Of a stretch of DNA of 64,000 nt, positions 50,208 to 59,305 are shown one piece after another. The position numbers and the translations under genes were made by a program. The first letter of the stretch is position 1. Every line of letters begins with the position of its first letter. Source of the DNA: an uncultured Candidatus Saccharibacteria bacterium (lineage in GTDB: Bacteria > Patescibacteriota > Saccharimonadia > UBA4664 > CAZJNH01); NCBI GenBank assembly GCA_964478595.1, contig CAYZIN010000004.1, forward strand, positions 557-64,556. Reading direction: 5' to 3'. Below the pieces are notes generated by a model that was given only the letters and a program-made list of their open reading frames with translations, was not told where the DNA came from and ran no database searches.

Positions 50208-50314
50208 GCTGATTAGTTTATGGTTTCAGTCAAGCAATTTACAGCTTAAGCATTAACTATTCCGCTTATGGCTATTTTGTTGTAATCTAATTGGGTAACG
50301 TTAGGAGCATTTAA

Positions 50315-50479
50315 ATGGCCAAGGTTCAAAGAGGTTTCGAAGCTGGCGGTGTTGCCCTCGTTGGCAGCACTATCCTAGGTTTCGCGGTCGGTCTGTGGAA
50401 CAGCAGCGTGTTGATCTACACCGTCGGCGGGCTTGGTGTCGGCTTTTTGCTAATGGCCGTTTTCCGAATGTCAGACTAG
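50315..50479 (+). CDS. 54-aa two-TM small protein
   Basis: Manual translation MAKVQRGFEAGGVALVGSTILGFAVGLWNSSVLIYTVGGLGVGFLLMAVFRMSD; AGGAG RBS. Confidence 0.7.
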   Translation: MAKVQRGFEAGGVALVGSTILGFAVGLWNSSVLIYTVGGLGVGFLLMAVFRMSD

Positions 50480-50481
50480 TT

Positions 50482-51495
50482 CTACTTCGGGCGGTTAAAC
50501 ACGGCTTTGGCGGCGTTCCACACGGAATCGTCGCCAAAGTGCGTTTTACGGTAGTACCACCACTCTTCACCCCAAAAATCAATCCGTTTGATGCCAGTAG
50601 CGCGCGCAAATTGATCGGTTTCATAAATGCGGTTAACGTCAAAGGCCTTATCCTGATCGGCTCGGCTCAAATGCTCGGTGCCAACCTTACCCCAGGGCTC
50701 GGCTTGCAGTTCGTGAATGAAAACTTGGCTATTTAGGTAGCGCTCGATCAACGCCGCCCGCAGCCGAAACCACAGCGCTGGAAACGGATAGTTTACGAAA
50801 TGATGTGTGATGGTTTGATCGTAGACTCGGCGATACACCGAAAAGCCCGTCTCCTGCCCCCTTGGCGCGTCTAGCGGCAGGCCGTATTCATTGCTCACGT
50901 TCATGTCGATCGGGCGAGAACGGTCGAGGTTTTTAACCAGTTCGTACTCATGTTGGAGCTGACCGTGGGTAAAATCTGGACACCGGCCAAAAGCCGTCAA
51001 AAGTGCTTCATTCTCCAACTGGTAATCCTTCAGCTGCGGGTTGTTGCGATAGTGCATAACGACAGCGGCCAGAAATTGATCAATATCTTCAAATTGCTTG
51101 TCGCGCGATACCCAGCTTGGAAAATGACACTCTGGATAGCGGGGTTGGCGCAGCCCAATCGCCAGACTGACCTTGGCGTTGTATTGCTTGGCCAAATTAA
51201 ACTGCCAATCCAGCTGCGAAAAATCAAATTGGCCGGGCTGCGGTTCCAGCTGGTCCCAATAGCTCATCAATCTGACTTGCTGAGGGTGAAGATCTTTGAG
51301 CCCAGCCTCCAGCGTCTGCGCCGGATCAACTCCAAGTTCACTGGCATACTTGGTCGAAAAACTAAAACCGTAACTGTATGACTGGTTTTGATGGATCTGG
51401 TTGAAATGATCGAGCGCCTCGGTAGAAAGCGCCACAAACCCCAAATAGGCAATCGCCACCGCCCAACCAACCCGCTTTAGCCAGCGCTTTCTCAC
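50482..51495 (-). CDS. Membrane-anchored clan GH-A glycoside hydrolase
   Basis: WDQLEPQPGQFDFS, LENE (acid/base candidate), HELQAEPW (nucleophile candidate). Confidence 0.8.
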   Translation of the reverse strand: MRKRWLKRVGWAVAIAYLGFVALSTEALDHFNQIHQNQSYSYGFSFSTKYASELGVDPAQTLEAGLKDLHPQQVRLMSYWDQLEPQPGQFDFSQLDWQFNLAKQYNAKVSLAIGLRQPRYPECHFPSWVSRDKQFEDIDQFLAAVVMHYRNNPQLKDYQLENEALLTAFGRCPDFTHGQLQHEYELVKNLDRSRPIDMNVSNEYGLPLDAPRGQETGFSVYRRVYDQTITHHFVNYPFPALWFRLRAALIERYLNSQVFIHELQAEPWGKVGTEHLSRADQDKAFDVNRIYETDQFARATGIKRIDFWGEEWWYYRKTHFGDDSVWNAAKAVFNRPK

Positions 51496-52628
51496 TCCAA
51501 CATCCCAGCAATAAACTCGGCGATCTTCGGAGCTGCGTTGGCATCAAACTTAAGCTTTTCGATATTGCTTTCGACCGCTTTTAAGTTTGCCGGATTTTCG
51601 ATGAGATCGACTATTTTAGCTGCCGCCTCATCCGGGTTTGTCAGTACCCAACCAACTCCTTGCCGCTCAACCAACTGCGCATTCGGCTCCTCTTGCCCGG
51701 GAACCATATCAATCACTACCACCGGCCGCTTGGCCGCAAAGGCTTCGCACAGCGAAATCCAGCCGGCCTTACCCACCACCAAATCGGCAGCCGCTAGCAG
51801 CTCGGGCATATTTCCAACAAACCCCAAAACAGCGGTCGAGTCGATAAACTTGAGACGCTCGAGCCTGGTTTGGGTGGCTTTATCCTGCCCGGTCACATAA
51901 ACAAACTGGGCACCGGTTTTAGTTTTAGCCAACAGCCGGGCCACCGACAGTAATTTGCGATTGAGCCCCAGCCCCCCGCCGGTTAGCAAGACCGTAAATT
52001 TACGCGGATCTAGTCCCAACTTGCGGCGAACCTCTAGCCGGTGAGGCAAGTTAGCAAAGCGCGCATCGAGAGGGAACCCGAGGTAATGCATAATCTCTTT
52101 AGGTGCGCCCAACGCAGCGGCAAACTCAATGGTTTCGGGGGTCGAAACTAGCACGGCATCTTCGTTACTCATCAGCCACATTTTGTGTACGTCACCTGAA
52201 TCGGTAATCAAACTGACGACTTTAACTTTTTTGGGCCACGGCTGCCCCTTCACCGCCAAAGCTACCGCGTAGCCGATAAACCAAAAGGTTGAAATCACAA
52301 GGTCCGGATCCTCCCGCCGCAAAATTGCTTCGGCGTCGGTCTTAAACACGGTTGCCAGGAGCTTGCGCATAATTTCGTGCGAGGAATCGGTGGCGGCGTA
52401 AAAGGCTTTGTAGGGGTAACCCTTCAGATTACGCACCGATTGGGTGTAAAACGGCACGAAGATTTTGTCGAGCGAAACGACCAGCTTGGCTTCCTTGAGT
52501 GCATCGAGGACTTTAACCTCAAACCGACCCGGAAATACCTGCTCGATAGCAGCCGCGATTGCTTTAGCCGCAGCCGTATGACCTCCACCCAAAGAGGTCG
52601 TCAAAATTAAGATTTTCGGCCTTTGCAT
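51492..52628 (-). CDS. Diacylglycerol glycosyltransferase (MGDG synthase/UgtP-like, GT28)
   Basis: GGGHTAAA, ITD, KAGWIS..E, PGQEEPNA. Confidence 0.88.
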   Translation of the reverse strand: MQRPKILILTTSLGGGHTAAAKAIAAAIEQVFPGRFEVKVLDALKEAKLVVSLDKIFVPFYTQSVRNLKGYPYKAFYAATDSSHEIMRKLLATVFKTDAEAILRREDPDLVISTFWFIGYAVALAVKGQPWPKKVKVVSLITDSGDVHKMWLMSNEDAVLVSTPETIEFAAALGAPKEIMHYLGFPLDARFANLPHRLEVRRKLGLDPRKFTVLLTGGGLGLNRKLLSVARLLAKTKTGAQFVYVTGQDKATQTRLERLKFIDSTAVLGFVGNMPELLAAADLVVGKAGWISLCEAFAAKRPVVVIDMVPGQEEPNAQLVERQGVGWVLTNPDEAAAKIVDLIENPANLKAVESNIEKLKFDANAAPKIAEFIAGMLE

Positions 52629-52683
52629 GACGCACCTAGTATACCGTATACCCCGAGACTCAAACCTGTTATGCTAGGCGCAA

Positions 52684-53640
52684 ATGAAAGCGGGCGGACC
52701 GAAGTTTGATACCAAGTCGCGCGTTAAGGGTGGTGAAATTCGCAAACACTACTTCCTTGACCGCTACATTGTGGTGGCGCCGCTTAGAGGTAAACGGCCC
52801 GACGCTTTTGCCGAGCCGCAATCCCACAAGACCGAAAGCTACCTCTCACCAGCCATCGAAAAAGAAAAGTCGATTTTAGAAATTAAAGACTCTAAAGGCT
52901 GGACGGTTAAGGTAATAGAAAATAAATTTCCGGCGTTGTCGCTCGACAATCCAGCTGCCTTTGGCAAGCAAGAAATGGTAATCGAAACTCCGTTTCACAA
53001 CCAAGAATTTTCGGAGCTGTCGCTCGCCCACATCGAAAAAATATTTGATGCCTACAAGTTGCGCGTTAAGGCGCTGCAGCAAGTTGAAGGCGTGGCTTAT
53101 GTAGCCGTTTTTAAAAACGATGGTCCAAAAGCCGGGGCAACTTTAGCTCACGCGCATTCTCAAATTGTTGCTCTGCCGCTAATACCGCCGGTCGTCGAAA
53201 CCGAAGCCGTGGCTTTTGACCAATACCGCATGCACCACGGCACCTGTCCCATCTGCGACATCATCGCTTGGGAAAAACAAGAAAAAGAGCGCATTGTTTT
53301 TGAAAACGATCACCTAATTGCTATCTGCCCATATGCTGGCAGCGCTCCTTACGGAGTCTGGGTCATCCCCAAGCACCACAAGGGCACTTTCGGTGAACTC
53401 TCCGAAAGCGAACTCCACTCCACCGCCGAGGTTCTCAAACTTATTTCCGGCCAGCTGGACAAGTACGGCATCAGCTTTAACTTCTTCCTGCAAGATTCGC
53501 TGCCCGAGCAGAATCATCACTTCGTACTCAAGGTTGAACCGCGTCCAAATGTGTGGGGCGGGCTGGAGATTTCAACCGGCGTTATTATCAATCCCGTTCC
53601 ACCAGAGTTCGCCACAAACTGGTATAAATCGAATAGATAA
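52684..53640 (+). CDS. galT: Galactose-1-phosphate uridylyltransferase-like protein
   Basis: RGKRP, NKFPAL, AGATLAHAHSQ, GLEISTG..INPVPPE. Confidence 0.88.
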   Translation: MKAGGPKFDTKSRVKGGEIRKHYFLDRYIVVAPLRGKRPDAFAEPQSHKTESYLSPAIEKEKSILEIKDSKGWTVKVIENKFPALSLDNPAAFGKQEMVIETPFHNQEFSELSLAHIEKIFDAYKLRVKALQQVEGVAYVAVFKNDGPKAGATLAHAHSQIVALPLIPPVVETEAVAFDQYRMHHGTCPICDIIAWEKQEKERIVFENDHLIAICPYAGSAPYGVWVIPKHHKGTFGELSESELHSTAEVLKLISGQLDKYGISFNFFLQDSLPEQNHHFVLKVEPRPNVWGGLEISTGVIINPVPPEFATNWYKSNR

Positions 53641-53680
53641 CAGAAGACCGGGCTCTTACTGACACCCGGTCTTATCTGTT
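53640..53680. terminator. Bidirectional terminator-like hairpin
   Basis: ACAGA-AGACCGGG..CCCGGTCT-TATCTGT. Confidence 0.7.
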
Positions 53681-54051
53681 TATTTTGGAGGGATTTCTCC
53701 CAGGAAGACTTGCGCGGAGCGACCGCTCTTCCTTTGGCTATTCAGCCCTTCCCTTCCTGGCTGAGTGGCTACCTCCTAGCGGCTTCTGCTCATCGCGTAT
53801 TGGGGTCCTGCCCATACGGACGAGGCGAGGAGCACGCACTTTCTTTCAGGACCCCGCTTGGCTTGTCTCAGACGAACCGAGACTCACCAAGCAAGGTCAC
53901 TGAGCCGCTAAGCGTCATCAAATCGACACTCCTAGCTCCTTTTCCTTACCTGGCTTTCGCCATGGACCGCGACAGTCAGTCGCGATGTTCCAGCGGGGTC
54001 CTTGTCGGTCTCGACGAGGTTTCCACTGGAATCCAAATGCCATTTCTGGCG
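53680..54051 (-). ncRNA. Candidate ~370-410-nt structured ncRNA, family unknown
   Basis: TTGACT-N17-TAAGAT promoter (54058-54086); two GAAA-capped and one UUCG-capped hairpins; nested long-range helices. Confidence 0.65.
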
Positions 54052-54114
54052 ACGCCAATCTTAACACTCAGCCTCGAGGTAGTCAATATTATAAAAGCTA
54101 AACAAAAATCCAAA

Positions 54115-54891
54115 TTAGTTGTAAGTTTTAGCAGCTTCCCAGGCTAATTCGAATACAGCCCGCAATCCTTTTGCCAACTCCGCACTGTCTATCGTTACCC
54201 CAATTGGCCGAGGGCCCGAGAGTGAGAGCAAAATAATGTGGTTACCAACCACGTTGAAGTCACCGTTGAAGGGAAATTTATCGAGCGGAACAAATTTAGA
54301 CTCTCGATTTCTGGCTTTATCGCTGCCAGCCAAAACGGCGCCTCGTTTTGATGTGTAAATGATTCTGCTTCGTATTCCCAGCTTGGTCCTCTCGGGGTTA
54401 GAGGAAGCTTGGCCAAATTCTGGAAAGAATTCAAATAGCTGGTCGAGGTTACTGACCCCAAAAATTGGGCCTTCCTTACGATGTTGGGCCAAGAAAGAAG
54501 CCATTATAGATTTGATCCCCTCTGGGTTGTCGTAATACTTCACACTTGGAGCGTCTTGGGGGAGACTTTTGAGTGTTTTTAGTTGGGGCAATAAGTCCTC
54601 AAACGCTTGCTTTTGGTCTTTCACCTCTTGCTCTTTTTTAGCAACCAGCCGACGAAGGGCTACCGGGTCTTCGGCGTTGAAAAAAGTTTTCTTGCCCTGG
54701 GAAGTCTGACTAACAAGTCCAAGGTTGGCGAGTGACTCTAAAATTACGTAAGTCGTCACGCGTTTAATGCCCGAGTGGTCGGCTATTTGCTGAACAGTGG
54801 CCGAACCCAAAGCTAAATTAGATAAATAAACGCGGGCCTCTTTCTGAGAGAGCCCAAGGTCCTCAACTGATTGAATAAGCTGTTCATCCAT
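54115..54891 (-). CDS. TrmB-family transcriptional regulator
   Basis: LGLSQKEARVY..IA..SGIKRVTTY..L..L..LGLV; start at ATG 54891. Confidence 0.9.
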   Translation of the reverse strand: MDEQLIQSVEDLGLSQKEARVYLSNLALGSATVQQIADHSGIKRVTTYVILESLANLGLVSQTSQGKKTFFNAEDPVALRRLVAKKEQEVKDQKQAFEDLLPQLKTLKSLPQDAPSVKYYDNPEGIKSIMASFLAQHRKEGPIFGVSNLDQLFEFFPEFGQASSNPERTKLGIRSRIIYTSKRGAVLAGSDKARNRESKFVPLDKFPFNGDFNVVGNHIILLSLSGPRPIGVTIDSAELAKGLRAVFELAWEAAKTYN

Positions 54892-54942
54892 GGTCTTATT
54901 ATAATGTAAATAGTCTCTGACAACAAGCTTAGAAAGAAAAGT

Positions 54943-54972
54943 CTTGACTGTTCGTTTTTTGTTCGATATTCT
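54943..54972 (+). promoter_or_regulatory. comM promoter with GTTC-N7-GTTC operator
   Basis: TTGACT-N17-TATTCT with GTTCGTTTTTTGTTC in the spacer. Confidence 0.75.
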
Positions 54973-55000
54973 TCTGGCAACGGGCGGATTAAGGAGATTC

Positions 55001-56503
55001 ATGATTGCTAAAGTTCACGCCCCCGCCAACATCGGGCTCGAAGGCCAGCTGGTAGAAGTCGAATGCGACATTAACCACGGGCTCCCCTCCGTAACCGTGG
55101 TTGGTCTCGGAGATAAAGCCATTGTCGAAGCCCGCGATAGGTTACGCAGCGCTCTCAAAAATACTCGCCTCAATTTGCCACCCAAGAAGCTAACGCTAAA
55201 TCTGGCACCGGCCGACTTGCCAAAAGACGGTACTAGTTACGATCTTGCGATGGCAGCCGCAGTTTTATGCGCCAGTGGCCAGGTTCCTGCGGAGAGTTTG
55301 AGCGATAGTTTGCTGCTCGGGGAGTTATCGCTCGACGGCAGAGTACGGCCCGTAAAGGGCTCATTGCTGGCGGCGCGGTTGGCAAAACAGAGAAAATTGA
55401 ACAAACTTTTTTTACCGAAAGCCAATGCCGGTGAGGCCTCGGCCGTGAAAGGCGTTGAGATTTTTCCGATTGAGAATTTGGGCGAACTTTACTCCCACTT
55501 GATAAAACAAACCCCTCTTTCACCTTACGTTTCCAGGAACAAACCTGTTGAAACTGATGTCGATTGCACAACAAATCTGTCAGAAATTTACGGGCAAGAG
55601 CAAGCTAAAAGGGCCTTGGAAATCGCCGCTGCAGGCGCCCACAATATCTTGCTATCAGGCCCGCCCGGCAGCGGCAAAACCATGCTAGCTAACGCTTTGC
55701 CGGGACTACTGCCGCCTTTGAGCGAAGACGAAATGATTGAAATCACCCAAATTCATTCACTGGCCAGTAGCCAAGGTAGCGGACTAATTACCCATCGACC
55801 TTTCCGATCACCTCACCACACCTCAAGCAGTGTGTCGTTAATTGGCGGCGGCACTTATCCTCGTCCTGGCGAAATCAGCCTTGCCCACCTTGGCGTATTG
55901 TTTCTCGATGAATTCCCCGAGTTTGCGCGTGGCGTGCTAGAGGCATTGAGGCAACCCCTCGAAGACGGCGAGGTCACGATAGCTCGCGCTAACGGTACAC
56001 TTAAATTACCTGCAAAATTCATGCTAATTGCCACCCAAAACCCATGCCCTTGCGGATACCATAATGACCCTGTCAAAGACTGTAGCTGCAGCTTGGCCCA
56101 AATCCATGGCTACAACCGACGGGTATCGGGGCCGATTCTAGACCGTATCGATCTGGTGGTGAACGTGGCTAGGGTTGAAAAAGAGCACCTGCTAGAAGCT
56201 AAGCGCGGCGAAGCCAGTCGGTCGGTAGCGACCAGAACGCTCAAAGCCAGACAAACTCAGACTCAGCGCTTTAGCCAGCCAAAAACTAACTCGGAAATGA
56301 CAAACTCCCAGATAAAGCAATTCTGCCAGCTAGACGCCGAAGCACTGAGCTTAGCAAATCTTGCGGTCGATAAATTCGGTTTATCTGCTCGCAGTTATAT
56401 GCGCCTACTTAAAGTGGCCAGAACGATAGCCGATCTAGATAGTGCAACCGAAATTACTAGTGCTCATCTGGCAGAAGCGCTGCAGTATCGTTCAAATACT
56501 TAG
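55001..56503 (+). CDS. comM: ComM/YifB Mg-chelatase-like AAA+ ATPase
   Basis: NLAPADLPK, GELSLDG, GPPGSGKT, RPFRSPHH, LFLDEFPEF, NPCPCG; AAGGAG before ATG 55001. Confidence 0.95.
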   Translation: MIAKVHAPANIGLEGQLVEVECDINHGLPSVTVVGLGDKAIVEARDRLRSALKNTRLNLPPKKLTLNLAPADLPKDGTSYDLAMAAAVLCASGQVPAESLSDSLLLGELSLDGRVRPVKGSLLAARLAKQRKLNKLFLPKANAGEASAVKGVEIFPIENLGELYSHLIKQTPLSPYVSRNKPVETDVDCTTNLSEIYGQEQAKRALEIAAAGAHNILLSGPPGSGKTMLANALPGLLPPLSEDEMIEITQIHSLASSQGSGLITHRPFRSPHHTSSSVSLIGGGTYPRPGEISLAHLGVLFLDEFPEFARGVLEALRQPLEDGEVTIARANGTLKLPAKFMLIATQNPCPCGYHNDPVKDCSCSLAQIHGYNRRVSGPILDRIDLVVNVARVEKEHLLEAKRGEASRSVATRTLKARQTQTQRFSQPKTNSEMTNSQIKQFCQLDAEALSLANLAVDKFGLSARSYMRLLKVARTIADLDSATEITSAHLAEALQYRSNT

Positions 56504-56746
56504 AAACTTGGAGAGTGTAGTTTCGATCGCAGTGTGGGTAAACAACACCCAGAGACCGAATTCGATTGCCACAAATACAGTGCAGATAACTAGAATGTGC
56601 CTGGCTTCACTTTTGGCGTAGCCGAACTCTTCGACTTCGGCCTCGACTACTGGTTTAGCAGACGCAACTTCGCCTACCGTCGATGTCTCCTCCGAACGGG
56701 TTTTGGCAATTTTTTGGCTGCGGGTTTTGCGTTTCTTCTTGGCCAT
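56492..56746 (-). CDS. Small membrane protein with a basic N-terminus
   Basis: MAKKKRK.., one TM; TATACT 9 nt upstream. Confidence 0.7.
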   Translation of the reverse strand: MAKKKRKTRSQKIAKTRSEETSTVGEVASAKPVVEAEVEEFGYAKSEARHILVICTVFVAIEFGLWVLFTHTAIETTLSKFLSI

Positions 56747-56799
56747 ATCGCAACCAGTATAACTCAAGTGCTAAAATAACAGCACTAAACCTAGGCGGC

Positions 56800-58431
56800 A
56801 TGAACCCAACGAGCTCTCACTGGAATCTGCGAACTAAAACCCTACTGGCGATCGGCGGTGTCTTACTGGCTATGGTTTTGGTGCTCTATTTTGCAACAAA
56901 TCAAATTTTAATTAGCAGCTTCTCAACCGTTGAAACCAGCGTGACCAACCGAGACGTAAGTCGAGTAACCGATGCACTAGGCGACGAAATAGATTCGATC
57001 GTAAACTTTACCGGTGACTACTCCGATTGGGACGAAACTGTAAAGTTTATTAAAACCGGATCCCAGGCCTACATCGACTCCAATCTTCTACCCGCAACCT
57101 ACGAAAACCTCAAGATCAACCACTTTGCCTTCTTAAATACCACGCCGAAGCTAATTGTCGGTAAGGATTATGATCTTGGAAACGGCAAACTGCTGCCCAT
57201 ATCGCAGGATTTAGTTAAACACTTCAAGGCTGGTGATTCTCTACTCATCCACAAAGATCATGATGATATCAAAAAGGGGTTTTTAATCCTTGAGGGCGGG
57301 CCCGCAATGATAGCCTCACGGCCAATCATGGACAGTAATGGCGAGGGACCCATAGAGGGGTCGGTTGTGACCGGCCGCGATTTTAACCAAGACGAGATAC
57401 AGGCGGTAGCTGCCAAGACGCATCTGTCGTTTAAGGTTTTTGAACTTAACGGCCAAAACTTACCTGCCGACGTTGTCGCGGCCAAAAAAGAGCTCCAGAC
57501 AAAGTCGATCTACGACGCACCAAAGGACCATAAGACCATATACGGATACACCATTCTAAATGACCTTTATGGTAAGCCGCTTTTGATTACTCGGGTTGAA
57601 GTGCCGCGCGAGGTCTATTTGCAAGGACTCAAGGCTCGCAATTATGTGGTAATCTCCCTGCTCTCGATCGGTATTGCCTTTTTGCTAATGGCGCTAGTTT
57701 TAATTACCCGCATTTATCATCACGACCAAGAGGTCCAAGCCTTGAAAGACCGTTTTATTGCGATTGCCTCGCATGAACTGCGCACTCCGCTAACCTCACT
57801 AAAAGGAGGCGTCGACCTCCTGAAAATCGCGAAGCTGCCGCCCGAAGTCCAAAGTCCGCTGCGCATTATCGAGGAAGGGGTGGGCCGGCTCAAGGAGCTA
57901 ACCGATGAGCTAATCAATGTCGTAACAATCGAAAAAGGCCAAATCAAACCACAGTCCGAGTTGGTCAATATCGGCAATCTAGTCACCGAGGTATGCCAAA
58001 GCGATGAAGCCATCGCCAAAGCTAGAAACATTTCCCTCAGTTGTGACGTTGCGCCCAACCTACCTGGTCTAACGGTCGATCCGCGCCTAATCCGTAACGC
58101 CGTCCACAACCTGGTTAACAACGCCATTAAATTCACCGACAAAGGCTCGGTCGCAATCAAGGTTTACCAGACCAACGATAATCTGGTTATTGACGTTGCC
58201 GACACAGGACCGGGCATTAAGGGGGAAGACGTACACTTTTTGTTTAAGAAATTCGGCCGGATTGGTTCACTCAGCGAAGGTTTTAAGGAAGGCAAAGGCT
58301 TGGGTTTGTATCTGACGAAACTAAACGTTGAGGCCCACCACGGCAAAATTGAGCTCAAAACTTCTCCGAACGGTTCAACTTTTAGCATTTTGCTGCCTCT
58401 GCCGCACGTTGCCAATCAACACACCGCCTGA
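56800..58431 (+). CDS. CHASE4-like sensor histidine kinase
   Basis: Two TMs flanking DYSDWDET; SHELRTPL, NAIKFT, DTGPGI, GLGL. Confidence 0.92.
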   Translation: MNPTSSHWNLRTKTLLAIGGVLLAMVLVLYFATNQILISSFSTVETSVTNRDVSRVTDALGDEIDSIVNFTGDYSDWDETVKFIKTGSQAYIDSNLLPATYENLKINHFAFLNTTPKLIVGKDYDLGNGKLLPISQDLVKHFKAGDSLLIHKDHDDIKKGFLILEGGPAMIASRPIMDSNGEGPIEGSVVTGRDFNQDEIQAVAAKTHLSFKVFELNGQNLPADVVAAKKELQTKSIYDAPKDHKTIYGYTILNDLYGKPLLITRVEVPREVYLQGLKARNYVVISLLSIGIAFLLMALVLITRIYHHDQEVQALKDRFIAIASHELRTPLTSLKGGVDLLKIAKLPPEVQSPLRIIEEGVGRLKELTDELINVVTIEKGQIKPQSELVNIGNLVTEVCQSDEAIAKARNISLSCDVAPNLPGLTVDPRLIRNAVHNLVNNAIKFTDKGSVAIKVYQTNDNLVIDVADTGPGIKGEDVHFLFKKFGRIGSLSEGFKEGKGLGLYLTKLNVEAHHGKIELKTSPNGSTFSILLPLPHVANQHTA

Positions 58432-58443
58432 TATACAAGATCT

Positions 58444-58929
58444 ATGATGGTGGAAGTAGCTTTAGGGGTTCTGGGAGTGGCGGTCCTGTATTTGGTTTAT
58501 CTGAATTGGCGTCTCCAAGTTCGTTTTAAAAGAGCGTTGGGCGGCTCGGGCACCGGTAATTTAGAGAAGAAATTGACCGACTATTTCGGGCGTATTGGTG
58601 ACATCGAAAAGCGCCAAGACATTGCCAGCCAAACTCTAAGTGAGCTCTCTTTGCAGACCGATCTAGCTTCACAAAAAATTTCAATCGTCAGATTTAATCC
58701 ATTCGGTGACAGCGGTGGTGACCAAAGTTTTTCACTGGCAGTATTGGACGCCAAAGATTCCGGGTATGTTCTGACCAGTATCCACGGGCGGGAAAACTCC
58801 CACATTTACATCAAGCCAATCGATCTGGGAGTCAGTAAATACACCTTATCCAAAGAAGAAAAACAGGCAACTCTTCAAGCCGCCAAGCGCGTAGTGCCAA
58901 AAGCTAAAGCAAAGGAGAGGCATGGCTAG
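58444..58929 (+). CDS. DUF4446-like protein
   Basis: VRFNPFGDSGGDQSFSLAVLD..G..LTSIHGR. Confidence 0.85.
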   Translation: MMVEVALGVLGVAVLYLVYLNWRLQVRFKRALGGSGTGNLEKKLTDYFGRIGDIEKRQDIASQTLSELSLQTDLASQKISIVRFNPFGDSGGDQSFSLAVLDAKDSGYVLTSIHGRENSHIYIKPIDLGVSKYTLSKEEKQATLQAAKRVVPKAKAKERHG

Positions 58930-59305
58930 AAAAGATCTTCCCCTGACCGAAACAGAAACCGTTATTGGTTCCGGGGTCAAACTAAAAGGTACCCTGCAAA
59001 GTGACGGTGACATTTCAATCGATGGGGAGCTAAAGGGGGCAATCCGCACCAACGGCAATTTAACGATTGGTCCCAACGCCCAAATCGAGGCCAACGTCTC
59101 GGCTCAAAATGTTCGGGTTGCCGGCCAGCTTGAGGGCAATATAAAAAGTGAAAACGAAACGACTATTGAAGGCAGCGGCAAGGTCAAGGGCGACATCCAC
59201 ACCTCATTGTTATCGATTCAACACGGCGCTATTTTCTCGGGCCAAACCAACATGCGGGAGTTGCCAATATCTAAAGCTGGGGTTGAGGCCGACACGAAAC
59301 CGTAA
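58922..59305 (+). CDS. Bactofilin (polymer-forming cytoskeletal protein)
   Basis: TVIG..G.L....D.ISIDG, GKVKGDI....L.I..GA.FSG. Confidence 0.93.
   Translation: MARKDLPLTETETVIGSGVKLKGTLQSDGDISIDGELKGAIRTNGNLTIGPNAQIEANVSAQNVRVAGQLEGNIKSENETTIEGSGKVKGDIHTSLLSIQHGAIFSGQTNMRELPISKAGVEADTKP

Noticed and set aside
53700-53775. SRP RNA or 6S RNA identity for the 54-kb RNA
   Set aside because: Lacks the SRP domain IV CAGG..GGAA..AGCAG layout; multi-branched and about twice the length of 6S.
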